DNA of 64,000 nt from an uncultured delta proteobacterium (GTDB lineage Bacteria; Myxococcota_A; Polyangia; Fen-1088): positions 160,001-224,000 of the forward strand of contig CAVWIP010000001.1 of assembly GCA_963755125.1 (NCBI GenBank), in the 5' to 3' direction. The notes below the pieces were generated by a model. That model searched no databases. It saw only the letters and a list, made by a program, of their open reading frames with translations, and was not told the DNA's origin. This document shows, one piece after another, positions 40,489-49,337 of the stretch; positions within the stretch are counted from its first letter, which is position 1; each line of letters opens with the position of its first letter. The position numbers were made by a program, and so were the translations under genes.

Positions 40489-41369
40489 GGTTTGCGTTCA
40501 TCTCCGAGGAGAAGGTGGCCTTCCCCGTCGCGGTCCTCTGCCGTGTCTTGGCCGTTTCGCCCAGTGGCTACTACGCCAGCCAGGGACGGCCCGCCTCGTT
40601 GCACGCACGCCGTGACCAGGATCTGTCCGAGCGGATAGCCGCGATTCATCACGGGAGCCGGCGACGATACGGCAGTCCCCGTGTTCATGCCGACCTCAAA
40701 GCTTCCGGGGATCGGGTGGGTTGCAAGCGGGTGGCCAGGCTGATGCGCGAAAACAAGCTGGTGGCGCGCTGTCGTCATCGTTTTCGCACGACCACCGACT
40801 CGAAGCACAGCTTCCCCATCGCGCCGAATGTGCTGGAGCGCAACTTCACCGCGCTTCGTCCAAACCAGTCGTGGGTCACTGACATCACGTTTCTGTGGAC
40901 GCAGCAAGGCTGGCTGTACCTCGCGGTGATTCTCGACCTGTTTTCCAGGCGGGTTGTCGGCTGGGCGACCAGTCGGAATGTCGATCGCCACCTCGCGCTC
41001 GCGGCACTGGCCATGGCCTTGTGCCAACGCCAGCCCGGCAGCGGCCTGGTTCACCACTCAGATCGAGGCAGCACGTACGCGAGCGACGACTACCGCAAAG
41101 CCTTGGAAGCCGGAAGCATAGAATGCAGCATGAGCCGGAAGGGAGACTGCTGGGATAATGCCGTGGCCGAGAGTTTCTTCGCGACCCTCAAGCGCGAGTT
41201 GGAAGACATCGACGATCTCGAAAGCTGGGAGGCAGCTAACCTCTCGATTGGCGAGTACATCGAAGGCTTCTACAATCCTTGCCGCCGTCATTCGGCGCTC
41301 AATTACAACAGCCCAATCGAATTTGAGCTGATGCACTCAGTGAAGAAAGCTGGTAAGAAAGCTGCGTAA
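40485..41369 (+). CDS. IS3 transposase OrfB (DDE)
   Basis: YGSPR, WVTDIT, HHSDRGS and WDNAVAESFF motifs. Confidence 0.95.
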   Translation: MRFAFISEEKVAFPVAVLCRVLAVSPSGYYASQGRPASLHARRDQDLSERIAAIHHGSRRRYGSPRVHADLKASGDRVGCKRVARLMRENKLVARCRHRFRTTTDSKHSFPIAPNVLERNFTALRPNQSWVTDITFLWTQQGWLYLAVILDLFSRRVVGWATSRNVDRHLALAALAMALCQRQPGSGLVHHSDRGSTYASDDYRKALEAGSIECSMSRKGDCWDNAVAESFFATLKRELEDIDDLESWEAANLSIGEYIEGFYNPCRRHSALNYNSPIEFELMHSVKKAGKKAA

Positions 41370-42004
41370 CGAAACCGTCCACCAAATCGGGTCAACTCCA
41401 TAGTGTGTTTCATCGTTGCCGAGCCAGGCGGCGCGCTTCGCACATTCCTTGATATTCACGTCGTCGACGAATTTGGCGATGCACTGCCCGAGCAGTGCAC
41501 TCACGATCGCGTTGCGGTCATCAGGTTTCTCTCGGACGCAGAAATCCTTGATAAGGAATTCGAGCGCCTTCCGAAGGCCGATACCGGTGAGCTGGTCCAG
41601 ACCGTGACCTTGGGCCGCAATCGACTGGTCAAAAATCTCAACAAACGTCGGCGATACTTCTCGAATTTCAGCGCTGAACTCCGATTTCTTTGCGGTTTGC
41701 GGTGCCACGCTCTTCAGCTCGTACAAACCCCTTCGCGAAATATAGCTGGCAAGAAATAGATGTGAGCACGACCGACTGGTACACAGGAAGGTGGCGTCAA
41801 GACGCTGCCACCCCGTCCCCAAGTCCAGCCAGATCCCAGCTACGTACGTTGGAGAGACCCTAAGATGGCAGAGCGGGCACTTGTCAGGGAGGCGATCGAT
41901 CTTCAGGCTGAATCTTGTACTCCCACCGTCTACCGATTGGGCGCTGAGCGTGAGTGGGTCCATGGTCGTGTTGCCCCTCGGCTGTCTGGTCGCTATGGCT
42001 CTGG

Positions 42005-42490
42005 CTACTCGCCCACTTCCTTCAGCACTTCGGCGCAAAGGCGATCTGAGAGATACATTCCACCCCGGCGCAGGCGTTCGAGGGCGTCGCGGGCAGAGTC
42101 GATGAGCCGGGCGCGACGGGCTCGCAAGACGAGGCCGACGGTGCCGCGCAAGGTGATTCCCAAGGACTCCGCGCAACGTCGCCCTTCAAGGTCGTCGATG
42201 ATGGCTGGCGTTCCGGGGTGGGACAGCGCCCACGCCAACACGGACGACTCCCCAGCGCCGAGATCCCACGCCAGGACGTTGGACGGTATGGCGATGTCAT
42301 CGGCCTGCTTCATCCACGTGGCCGTCGCCACGGCGTTGGCCGTCACATCGCTTGGGCCGCGGGCCAGGATCTCACGTGCCACCGCTGCTGGTACGATGAT
42401 CGTCTGCGCCGCCTGTCGAAGCAGATCCGCCAGACCAGCGCGACTCAAGCAGATGAGCGGCGATGCGTTGACGACGGCTGTCTCAACCAT
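42005..42490 (-). CDS. DUF3368 PIN-like protein (putative toxin)
   Basis: VVNASPLI, LGAGE, IIDDLEGRRCA and GTVGLV motifs. Confidence 0.85.
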   Translation of the reverse strand: MVETAVVNASPLICLSRAGLADLLRQAAQTIIVPAAVAREILARGPSDVTANAVATATWMKQADDIAIPSNVLAWDLGAGESSVLAWALSHPGTPAIIDDLEGRRCAESLGITLRGTVGLVLRARRARLIDSARDALERLRRGGMYLSDRLCAEVLKEVGE

Positions 42491-42734
42491 CGGCCAGTTC
42501 ACGCCGGAGCGAGGTCATGTCTACCGCGAAGGCGTCCACGCCCTCGCGCGCGAGTGCCAGGATGAAATCGGTGCGGTCAAGCCCGGCCACCTGCGCCGCG
42601 CGTTCCTGGGAGATGAGGCCTCGCGAGTACCAGTGCACGGCCGCGGCAAGACGCAGGTCGCCTGCCATTTCGTCGGGTGACCGGCGAAGCGCCGAAAAGG
42701 TTTCCTCGGGAAGCTGCACTTGAACGGTGACCAT
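42483..42734 (-). CDS. UPF0175 family protein (putative antitoxin)
   Basis: LRLAAAVHWYSRGLISQERAAQVAGLDRTDF; overlaps the start of the DUF3368 gene. Confidence 0.85.
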   Translation of the reverse strand: MVTVQVQLPEETFSALRRSPDEMAGDLRLAAAVHWYSRGLISQERAAQVAGLDRTDFILALAREGVDAFAVDMTSLRRELADG

Positions 42735-42796
42735 GGCCTTGTGCCAAGCGTACCACGGATGCGCGCCGGCACGTCGCCTGCCCGCGGGGTCATTTT

Positions 42797-42983
42797 CTTT
42801 GCCACCAGTTTGCCACGACACCCTACTTTTCGGCGGTTTCAGCCGGAAAGGCACGGTTCGGAATGGGTTGCCCCCACCGGGGCGAACCGTCGAAGATCCT
42901 TCAGAAAACCAGCGCAAGACCGCGTCGCGCCTAGGTTTTTCCTGAATGAGCTTCGAGCAGTTCAAGTCCCGATGGGGTCACCA
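42797..42983 (+). repeat. 187-bp right-end att arm plus tRNA-Glu 3' core (copy 2, outermost attR)
   Basis: Direct repeat of 32742-32928; core GTTCAAGTCCCGATGGGGTCACCA at 42960-42983. Confidence 0.93.
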
Positions 42984-43218
42984 TCTTTTGAGGCGCAGAG
43001 GCTGGGCGGCGCGATCGTGTGGGAGATCAACGAGGGCCATATTTCCACGGCGCCAGCCAGCGCAACGCAGCTTTCTGGCAAGAGATGGCGCTCGCATCGC
43101 GGACTCTGCCAAGGCATGATGCCTCCCCATTGACCTGAGGCCGCAAGTCCACTACGAAGGGTGAGGCAATTCATTCGGGCTTCCTTGACGGGGCCCCCAT
43201 CACGCGAAGGACGCGTTC

Positions 43219-44448
43219 ATGAAGACAATCACCGAATTCTCCGGGATTCTCTTGCGACAGGCGGCAGAGGCGCAGCAAGCTTTTCGGGCGGCGCATCCCC
43301 AAGCAGAGGAGCAGCCGGCCGCCGCCGCGCAGCCGGCGGCCGAGGCTGCTCCGGCCGCCGACGTGCCAGAAGAACCGGTGGCCGAGACGCCGCCTGACGC
43401 TGGCCCTGCGGCGCAAGATGCTGCATCGGCCGCGGCCGATGCAGGCGGCGAACCGGCCAGCGATCCCGTGGCTGAGCCAGCCGTCGAAGCGGCAGCGCCG
43501 GACCTTGGCACGGGGCCTGAGGCCGAGGCCGTGGCCGAAGCGATGCAGATCCGGGGCGATCGCCTTTCGCGTCTCATGGAGGCGCTCGCGGTGGTTGGCA
43601 AGCGCGCGGCCGGGGTACGGCTGGTGCGCGTCCTGTCGGGCGAGAACCCGCCTGCCAACGCCCAAAAGAAGGGCGATTTCTACTACGTGGTGGACGCCGT
43701 GCCGCGGCCTGAGTCTCGGCGCGATGTGGACTCGCGTGGTGACGAGCGGCGTGGACGGGATCGAGATGGCCGCGGCGGCGGTCGTGGTCCGGTCGGTCCT
43801 GGCGGCGGTCGTGGTCCGGTCGGTTTCGGCGGACGCGGCGGTGGGTTCAATGCCCTGGCCCGCGATGCGGATCTGCCCAGGGGCGATCTGGCCAAAGGAG
43901 GCGAAGGGTGGATGTTGACCCGCGCTCCTGACGAGCGACGGGGCGGCAATCGTGGGCCGGTTGATCCGACGCGACGGGAGCAACCCGGCCGTCCGCCGCA
44001 TGGGCCGCGCTTTGACGGCCGCGGACCCCGCCCGCCTGGTGAGCGGCCGGCCGGCGACCGGTCCCCGGGAAACCGTGCTCCGCGCGGAGATCGTCCGTCC
44101 TTTGGCGATCGGCCGCCGCGCGGAGATCGCCCGCGATTTGGAGATCGACCGCGCGCGGGGCGCGAAGGGGTTAGCACCCAGCCACCCGGGCCGGGCAGCG
44201 AGGCAACGCGGGCGGCCGGGCCAGGCAGCGACCAGCGTCCGCGGCGAAACAGCGGAGAAGACCACCGACGTGGCCAGGGTTGGTCCGGGCCGGTGCGCCG
44301 GCGGGGTGGATGGGACGAGCCGATGGTCGTTGAAGCGGGCTCTGCCCCGGACGTCGTGGCTGTTCCGCCGCAGCGTGAAGCGACACCAACGGCGCCCGAC
44401 AGCGCACCCGCGCCTGCCGTCGAGTCCGCCGAGGGCGAGAAGAAATAG
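43219..44448 (+). CDS. Hypothetical low-complexity protein (acidic Ala/Pro region, Arg/Gly-rich tail)
   Basis: Long ORF with ATG; small globular-looking core between disordered regions. Confidence 0.6.
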   Translation: MKTITEFSGILLRQAAEAQQAFRAAHPQAEEQPAAAAQPAAEAAPAADVPEEPVAETPPDAGPAAQDAASAAADAGGEPASDPVAEPAVEAAAPDLGTGPEAEAVAEAMQIRGDRLSRLMEALAVVGKRAAGVRLVRVLSGENPPANAQKKGDFYYVVDAVPRPESRRDVDSRGDERRGRDRDGRGGGRGPVGPGGGRGPVGFGGRGGGFNALARDADLPRGDLAKGGEGWMLTRAPDERRGGNRGPVDPTRREQPGRPPHGPRFDGRGPRPPGERPAGDRSPGNRAPRGDRPSFGDRPPRGDRPRFGDRPRAGREGVSTQPPGPGSEATRAAGPGSDQRPRRNSGEDHRRGQGWSGPVRRRGGWDEPMVVEAGSAPDVVAVPPQREATPTAPDSAPAPAVESAEGEKK

Positions 44449-44478
44449 TCATTCGCACGTCGTTCCGGTTGGTAGGCT

Positions 44479-44556
44479 AGTCGCGTGGGGAGCCCGCCGG
44501 CTTTGCCGGCGGCGGACCATCGCGGGAGGGTTTGGGAACCCTCTAAGGGTTCCCAT
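44479..44556 (+). repeat. Palindromic REP-like repeat, intergenic copy
   Basis: Ends AGTCGCGTGGGGAGCCCGCCGG and GAACCCTCTAAGGGTTCCCAT match 50934-51014. Confidence 0.7.
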
Positions 44557-44557
44557 G

Positions 44558-45508
44558 TCAGGGGTGCGCGTGTCTTCGGCCGCCAGGCGTTTTCGGGGAC
44601 GCGGGCTTCTCTTCACGCTCTGGCTCGATCGGGGAAATGGGGGGAAGGAGTGTGGGCTCGCAGGTGTAGACGATCATGGCCGTGCCATCGCCGCCCGCGA
44701 CTCGCATGACGGTCACGACCCCGGCCGGCGGCAGTTTTTCCGAGGTCGGCATGGCCTGCTCGGCCGGCATCCGCTGCGACACCATGTTCGGGATTCGGTC
44801 GGCGGGTTGCATCTCTTCCGAGGCTGACGGGGCTCGCGCGATCGGCGCGGGTTTCAACACCATGGTCGGGACTTGGACGGCTGGCGGCGGTTCGCGGCGG
44901 TTCGCGGCTGGGCCGTAGATGATGGCGATTCCAGCGCGATCATCGGCTTTCGGGGTACGAACGCCCGCTGTTCCCCCGCGAAAAGACATGAGTGAGTTGG
45001 GATCGTCGCTGTGAGCCAGCCCGAGGACATGCCCCAATTCGTGGGTGAGCACGGCCTGAAGATCAAAGCGGCCGTCTTCCACCTCGTCGGGGGCCAAGAA
45101 GGAGCGATCGCATTCGTTGATTTCCACGGTGGCGGATGCCACGATGCCCGTGCGGACATCCGCCGTGAACACCGCCTTGCCCAGGTCGTCCAACTCGCCC
45201 GTCCACCGGCCACGGCAGAATCGCACGCGCACCGCGGGATCGAGCGTGGTGACGACGCGGAATCGCACGGGTAGATCCCCAACCTCATTCCACGCATCGA
45301 CTGCGGCTTGCAGGGCCTCCCTCACCCCGTCGGAGGCGACCGTCCGACTGGGGGCACCTCGATCGAGCCCAACCGTGATGTCGTAATCGATCCAGTGCAC
45401 CAGAGCGCCGCTGCTGGTGCGGAGAAGGTCAGTTTTCGCCAAAGCCCCGGGTGCTACGCTCACGGCAAGCGTTGCAAGAATGATAGTACGCGCGGGCCGC
45501 ATGGCCAT
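44558..45508 (-). CDS. Matrixin-family (M10) secreted metalloprotease
   Basis: Signal peptide, HELGHVLGLAH, Met-turn SLM. Confidence 0.85.
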   Translation of the reverse strand: MAMRPARTIILATLAVSVAPGALAKTDLLRTSSGALVHWIDYDITVGLDRGAPSRTVASDGVREALQAAVDAWNEVGDLPVRFRVVTTLDPAVRVRFCRGRWTGELDDLGKAVFTADVRTGIVASATVEINECDRSFLAPDEVEDGRFDLQAVLTHELGHVLGLAHSDDPNSLMSFRGGTAGVRTPKADDRAGIAIIYGPAANRREPPPAVQVPTMVLKPAPIARAPSASEEMQPADRIPNMVSQRMPAEQAMPTSEKLPPAGVVTVMRVAGGDGTAMIVYTCEPTLLPPISPIEPEREEKPASPKTPGGRRHAHP

Positions 45509-45616
45509 TTCCAATCATCGGTTGCTCGGCGCGGATCGTTGATAATGCGTCGTGGCTTTCCGTGGGGAAGGAAAATCACGGGCATTCGTGCTACGAACAA
45601 GCCCCCGAGGAGAGGT

Positions 45617-46945
45617 ATGCAAGAGAAGAGATTGCCGGTTGCTGGCGCGTCGACCATGGTGGTGGTTGCGTCAATGACGATCGCGGCACTTGCGTTCGCT
45701 GGCCAGGCGAGCGAGGGCCAAATGGCCGCGCAAGCCATCGAGAGGGCGCTGCAGAAGCACGGGGCCGATGTGCATCGGTGTTTCGAGAGATCGCTGGCTG
45801 ACCGGCTGGATGCCGCAGGCAAGGTGGAGATCGAGGTCGAGGTGGGACCGGCCGGGCGGGTGGCTGCGGCGAGACTTCTGTCGCACGGGCAGGCCGCACC
45901 GAGTGCCTTGTCGGCATGCGTGCAGAAGGCCGCCATGGGCTGGACGGTGGATGGGATCGAGTCCGGCGCTAGGGTCGTGCTTCCGTTTTCGTTTCAGGCA
46001 CAGATGAGCCAGTTCGTGGTCAAAGCGGAGGACGTGCCCGAGCGCGCGCTTGGCGCTGCTTCGTCCGCCAAGGCGGGGCTCGGCCCCAAACGCGACGCCC
46101 CGTTCACCGTCAAGGTGCTCGCCGACGAGACCAACATGCGCGTGCAAGGCATCTCGCTCACCCAGTTGAACATCGGCCCGGCCAGCCGCGTGGCTATGCA
46201 CCGTCACCCCCGCAGCGGCAAGGTGCTGTACTTGCTCAAAGGGCACGCCCGCCTGCTGGGACCTTCCGGGGTGACACCCGTGAAGCTGGACGAGGGCATG
46301 GTGGCGTTCGTGCCCGCCGGCTATCCCCATGTGATTGAAAACATGGGCCGCCAGAGCACGGCGGTCTTTTTGCAGGCGTTCGTGCCGCCGGGGCCGGAGC
46401 GCGTGTACCGCGATCCGACCGACGCGCGCGGCCGGGCCGATTTCGAAGTCATTCGCGACTCGGCTACGGCCAGGATACCGCCCGAAGGGAACGGCAACCT
46501 GGCGGTGGTGACGGCGAGCGAGGTGGTCGCGGTGCCCACTCTCGGGGGAAAGGGCATGGGCAGGGCTCTGCTCGACGCCAAGACGACTGGGAGAGAAGGC
46601 GTGACCGTCAACCTACTGGAGTTCGCCCACGGCGCCGAGTTGCCAAGACACGATCACGGCGGCTTGACGGAAATACTGTACGTGGTGGCGGGCGGCGGCA
46701 TCCTGAGGGTTGGCAGCGAGGAGTACCCCTTTGGCAGCGAAAGCGTGCTCCATCTCCCAGCTGGCCAGCCCCACACCATCAGGTTCATCGCCGTCGAGAG
46801 GAGCGACAAGGCCGAGAAGCCCGAGAAGATCGCGGCGGTGCAGTTCCTCGCTTCGGCCCGCGCGACGGGCGGTGCCCCCGCAGCGGCCGCACCGACGAAT
46901 CCAGCGTCCAAGACGCGCTCCATGCAGACGGATTCTGTTCCATGA
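45617..46945 (+). CDS. AgmX/PglI (TonB-C-like) domain fused to two cupin domains
   Basis: VHRCFE..AGKVEIEVEVGPAGRV..CV..LPFSF followed by MHRHP..GYPH and PRHDH..E..GQPH cupin motifs. Confidence 0.65.
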   Translation: MQEKRLPVAGASTMVVVASMTIAALAFAGQASEGQMAAQAIERALQKHGADVHRCFERSLADRLDAAGKVEIEVEVGPAGRVAAARLLSHGQAAPSALSACVQKAAMGWTVDGIESGARVVLPFSFQAQMSQFVVKAEDVPERALGAASSAKAGLGPKRDAPFTVKVLADETNMRVQGISLTQLNIGPASRVAMHRHPRSGKVLYLLKGHARLLGPSGVTPVKLDEGMVAFVPAGYPHVIENMGRQSTAVFLQAFVPPGPERVYRDPTDARGRADFEVIRDSATARIPPEGNGNLAVVTASEVVAVPTLGGKGMGRALLDAKTTGREGVTVNLLEFAHGAELPRHDHGGLTEILYVVAGGGILRVGSEEYPFGSESVLHLPAGQPHTIRFIAVERSDKAEKPEKIAAVQFLASARATGGAPAAAAPTNPASKTRSMQTDSVP

Positions 46946-47047
46946 ACTTCGATCGCAGCGATGAGCAGAAGGTTTCAACCGGGGTCCAAGAAATGGCGAT
47001 GGTCCGCGAGGTTCTCAAGAACCGGATCATAGGATAGGCTCTGCGCC

Positions 47048-47752
47048 ATGCGCGGCATCGTCGGGCCTCTCTCGTTTGCCTGGCTTGCCGCCGTGGCGGC
47101 AGGGGGATGCAGCATGTTTGATCGGGTGGGAGGCGGACAACTGAGCTTCGCTCTGCCTCAGACGACCTTCAGCATCGACACGACTGATTCCCGCTGGTGG
47201 CCATCTCCTCCGACGGGTGTGCCGCAGGTGGTCTGTCGCGGCCCGGCCGCGCTGGTCACGGACTGTTGCCAGCCGCCCCCGCCCATGGCCGCGGTGGATT
47301 GCCAGGAATACCCGCTGAGCTGCGACGACAACAACATGTGCGCCTTGGCTTTCGACTACGACGATGCCGAGACGGTCGATTTGGGGGATGTCCCGGCGCT
47401 ACAGGCTCAGCGTCGCTCTGTACTCGCCCAGGCGACTGTCGAGCAACTCGACATCCGGGTGGAGGCAGACGACGCTGGTGCCTTGCCTCTGAGTGCCGCC
47501 AGCCTCTACGTAGCACCTTTGGGCACATCCTCGGCTAGCGGAGCTGGGGCGATCTTTTTGGCCGCCATCCCCCTGATGTCGGGGACAGTCAATCTCGGCG
47601 CACAGGCGCAGATTGCGCTCTCATCCTTTCTCATGGACTTCAACACGCCGTTCGGCCTGATCCTGTCGGCTCACGTGGTGGTGGAGAGCGGACCTGCCCC
47701 CACAGGCGCACTGACGATCGTGGTGAATGGACCAGTAAAGGCGAGTTTCTAG
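47048..47752 (+). CDS. Hypothetical lipoprotein
   Basis: Lipobox AAGGC, Cys-rich segment. Confidence 0.6.
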   Translation: MRGIVGPLSFAWLAAVAAGGCSMFDRVGGGQLSFALPQTTFSIDTTDSRWWPSPPTGVPQVVCRGPAALVTDCCQPPPPMAAVDCQEYPLSCDDNNMCALAFDYDDAETVDLGDVPALQAQRRSVLAQATVEQLDIRVEADDAGALPLSAASLYVAPLGTSSASGAGAIFLAAIPLMSGTVNLGAQAQIALSSFLMDFNTPFGLILSAHVVVESGPAPTGALTIVVNGPVKASF

Positions 47753-48108
47753 ACCTTCTTCGCAGTAGTCCCGACCGCCGAGGCGATGGGCGCCGGAAAC
47801 GCCACTGCCGGCAACTCGCGGGTGGAGTGCACGACGTTGCCGATGCGGTCGCGCAGTTCCTTGCCAACCTTGAAGAACGGCAGGCGCTTCGGCTTCACCT
47901 GTACCGCCGCACCGGTCCGTGGATTGCGCCCGCTGCGGGCGTGGTAGTGCCGCATTTCGAAGCTACCGAACCCTCGGATTTCGATGCGCTCATCCCGGGC
48001 CAAGGCCTGCAGCAGACAATCGAAAATAGTGTCGAGCAACAACCCGGCACGGCCTTTGGGCAGCTTCTGCACCTGCGATAGGCGCTCGGCAAGTTCCGAT
48101 TTGGTCAT
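47749..48108 (-). CDS. ihfB: Integration host factor beta / HU family DNA-binding protein
   Basis: MTKSELAERL, ERIEIRGFGSF, GRNPRTG and PFFKVGKELRDR motifs. Confidence 0.8.
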   Translation of the reverse strand: MTKSELAERLSQVQKLPKGRAGLLLDTIFDCLLQALARDERIEIRGFGSFEMRHYHARSGRNPRTGAAVQVKPKRLPFFKVGKELRDRIGNVVHSTRELPAVAFPAPIASAVGTTAKKV

Positions 48109-48287
48109 GGCACAAGCCCCACTGCGAATCGGCCTCAATAGTATAGACGAATCGGCTCCGCAATCTTGAGCGACCCGTCGCACCAAGCTATCGGCAAGAT
48201 GGCTACGAGACTTTACCGGACCTGCCAGATACCTCGTGCCGGCCGCCCCCAGAAGACATTCAAGTGGTAGGATACCAGCCGCAGTTC

Positions 48288-48395
48288 ATGGCCATCGTCA
48301 CGCTCACTACCGACTTTGGGTCGGCCGACATCTATGCGGCCGCCATGAAAGGCGTGATTCTATCCATGGCGCCAGGCACTGTCCTGGTCGATATC
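48288..48395 (+). pseudogene. N-terminal fragment of SAM hydroxide adenosyltransferase (chlorinase/fluorinase family)
   Basis: MAIVTLTTDFGSADIYAAAMKGVILSMAPGTVLVDI, after which similarity stops abruptly. Confidence 0.7.
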
Positions 48396-48464
48396 CAGCG
48401 ATGGCTCGGCAGCCGAGGAGACCGGGGCGCGACGGGGAACCCGCGTTTGTTTGCGGAGGGTGGG

Positions 48465-49337
48465 ATGACGGCACTCACACGCGTTGGCTTGCTGCTGATT
48501 GCGCTGATTCTCACAGGCTGCAGTGTCGGCCAAGGTACGGGGGCGGCCAGCGGGCTGCTCTTCGTGCTGGACTGCTCGAAGGCAGGCGACTACTGCGATG
48601 CCTCGGGGGTCTGCGGCACCCCGTCGGCACCGGTGGACTACAATCTGAACCCAACATTCTTTGCCGGCGAGCCCATCGACCAGCTCACCCAATTCCCGAA
48701 CGGGTCGCCGCTGAGTGGATCGGAACCACTCATGAACCGCATCACCATTCGCCTGCAACGCTCGGGCAAGCAGATTGAGAGCAACGACGCGCTTTTCTTC
48801 GACGTGGTGAATGAGTATGAAGTGGCTCGCTGCGTGCGAGGTCGCGAGATCGCGGTCGCCGGCCAGCCCAACCAGCACGACTACGACGACCGCTATTGCT
48901 TCCGTGCTTCAACCACCGGGCCGGCGCGCGTGCGCATTTCCGTGGTGGGTGGCATCGTCCACTCGACGCTGAGCCCGCGCATGACCTGCACCCGTCCGGT
49001 GGACGCGACCGCCGACGATGTGTTTTCCGACGATGGCGTGGTGCAGACCGTGGCTGGCGGAGCTTGGGAGTCGTGGGTCGAATTCGCGGATTTCGGCTCG
49101 GCGGCACAGAACGATCAGTTGGACCCCACCGCCCGCACGCCGGTCAGCCTCACGTTCAAGATCGAGCTTGAAGACCGGTTGCACGCCTCGGCGTTCTCGC
49201 TGACCCTGCAGGACGAAAAGGTGGTGACTGCAGAAGAGGATCTGGAGCCACCGCCCAACCCCGACATAGGGGGCTCGCTCACCGGGTGGTTTGATTTCGA
49301 CCTCCAGCGAGGGCAGGGCGCGCAGATGTTTCCCTGA
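48465..49337 (+). CDS. Hypothetical lipoprotein
   Basis: GGAGG RBS, signal peptide ending LILTGC; stop overlaps the hrpB start. Confidence 0.7.
   Translation: MTALTRVGLLLIALILTGCSVGQGTGAASGLLFVLDCSKAGDYCDASGVCGTPSAPVDYNLNPTFFAGEPIDQLTQFPNGSPLSGSEPLMNRITIRLQRSGKQIESNDALFFDVVNEYEVARCVRGREIAVAGQPNQHDYDDRYCFRASTTGPARVRISVVGGIVHSTLSPRMTCTRPVDATADDVFSDDGVVQTVAGGAWESWVEFADFGSAAQNDQLDPTARTPVSLTFKIELEDRLHASAFSLTLQDEKVVTAEEDLEPPPNPDIGGSLTGWFDFDLQRGQGAQMFP

Larger units (their letters stand above)
40121..41400 (+). mobile_element. IS3-family insertion sequence (1280 bp)
   Basis: TG...CA ends; terminal inverted repeats TGGACTTGACCCGGTTTGGTGGAC / TGGAGTTGACCCGATTTGGTGGAC; 3-bp target duplication TAG (40118-40120, 41401-41403). 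Confidence 0.95.
39997..41963 (-). pseudogene. DUF4145 (HEPN-like) protein with N-terminal Cys cluster, interrupted by IS3
   Basis: LRKALEFLIKDF...AAWLGNDETHY; removing the IS and one TAG copy restores ...HYERRWVDKDITDLKRLI...EMPPK* ending at 39997. Confidence 0.8.
32929..42983. mobile_element. Island 2: integrase-less defence island in tandem at tRNA-Glu
   Basis: Lies between att cores 32905-32928 and 42960-42983; carries Fic, type I R-M, DUF2806, DUF4145, IS3 and a TA pair. Confidence 0.85.
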
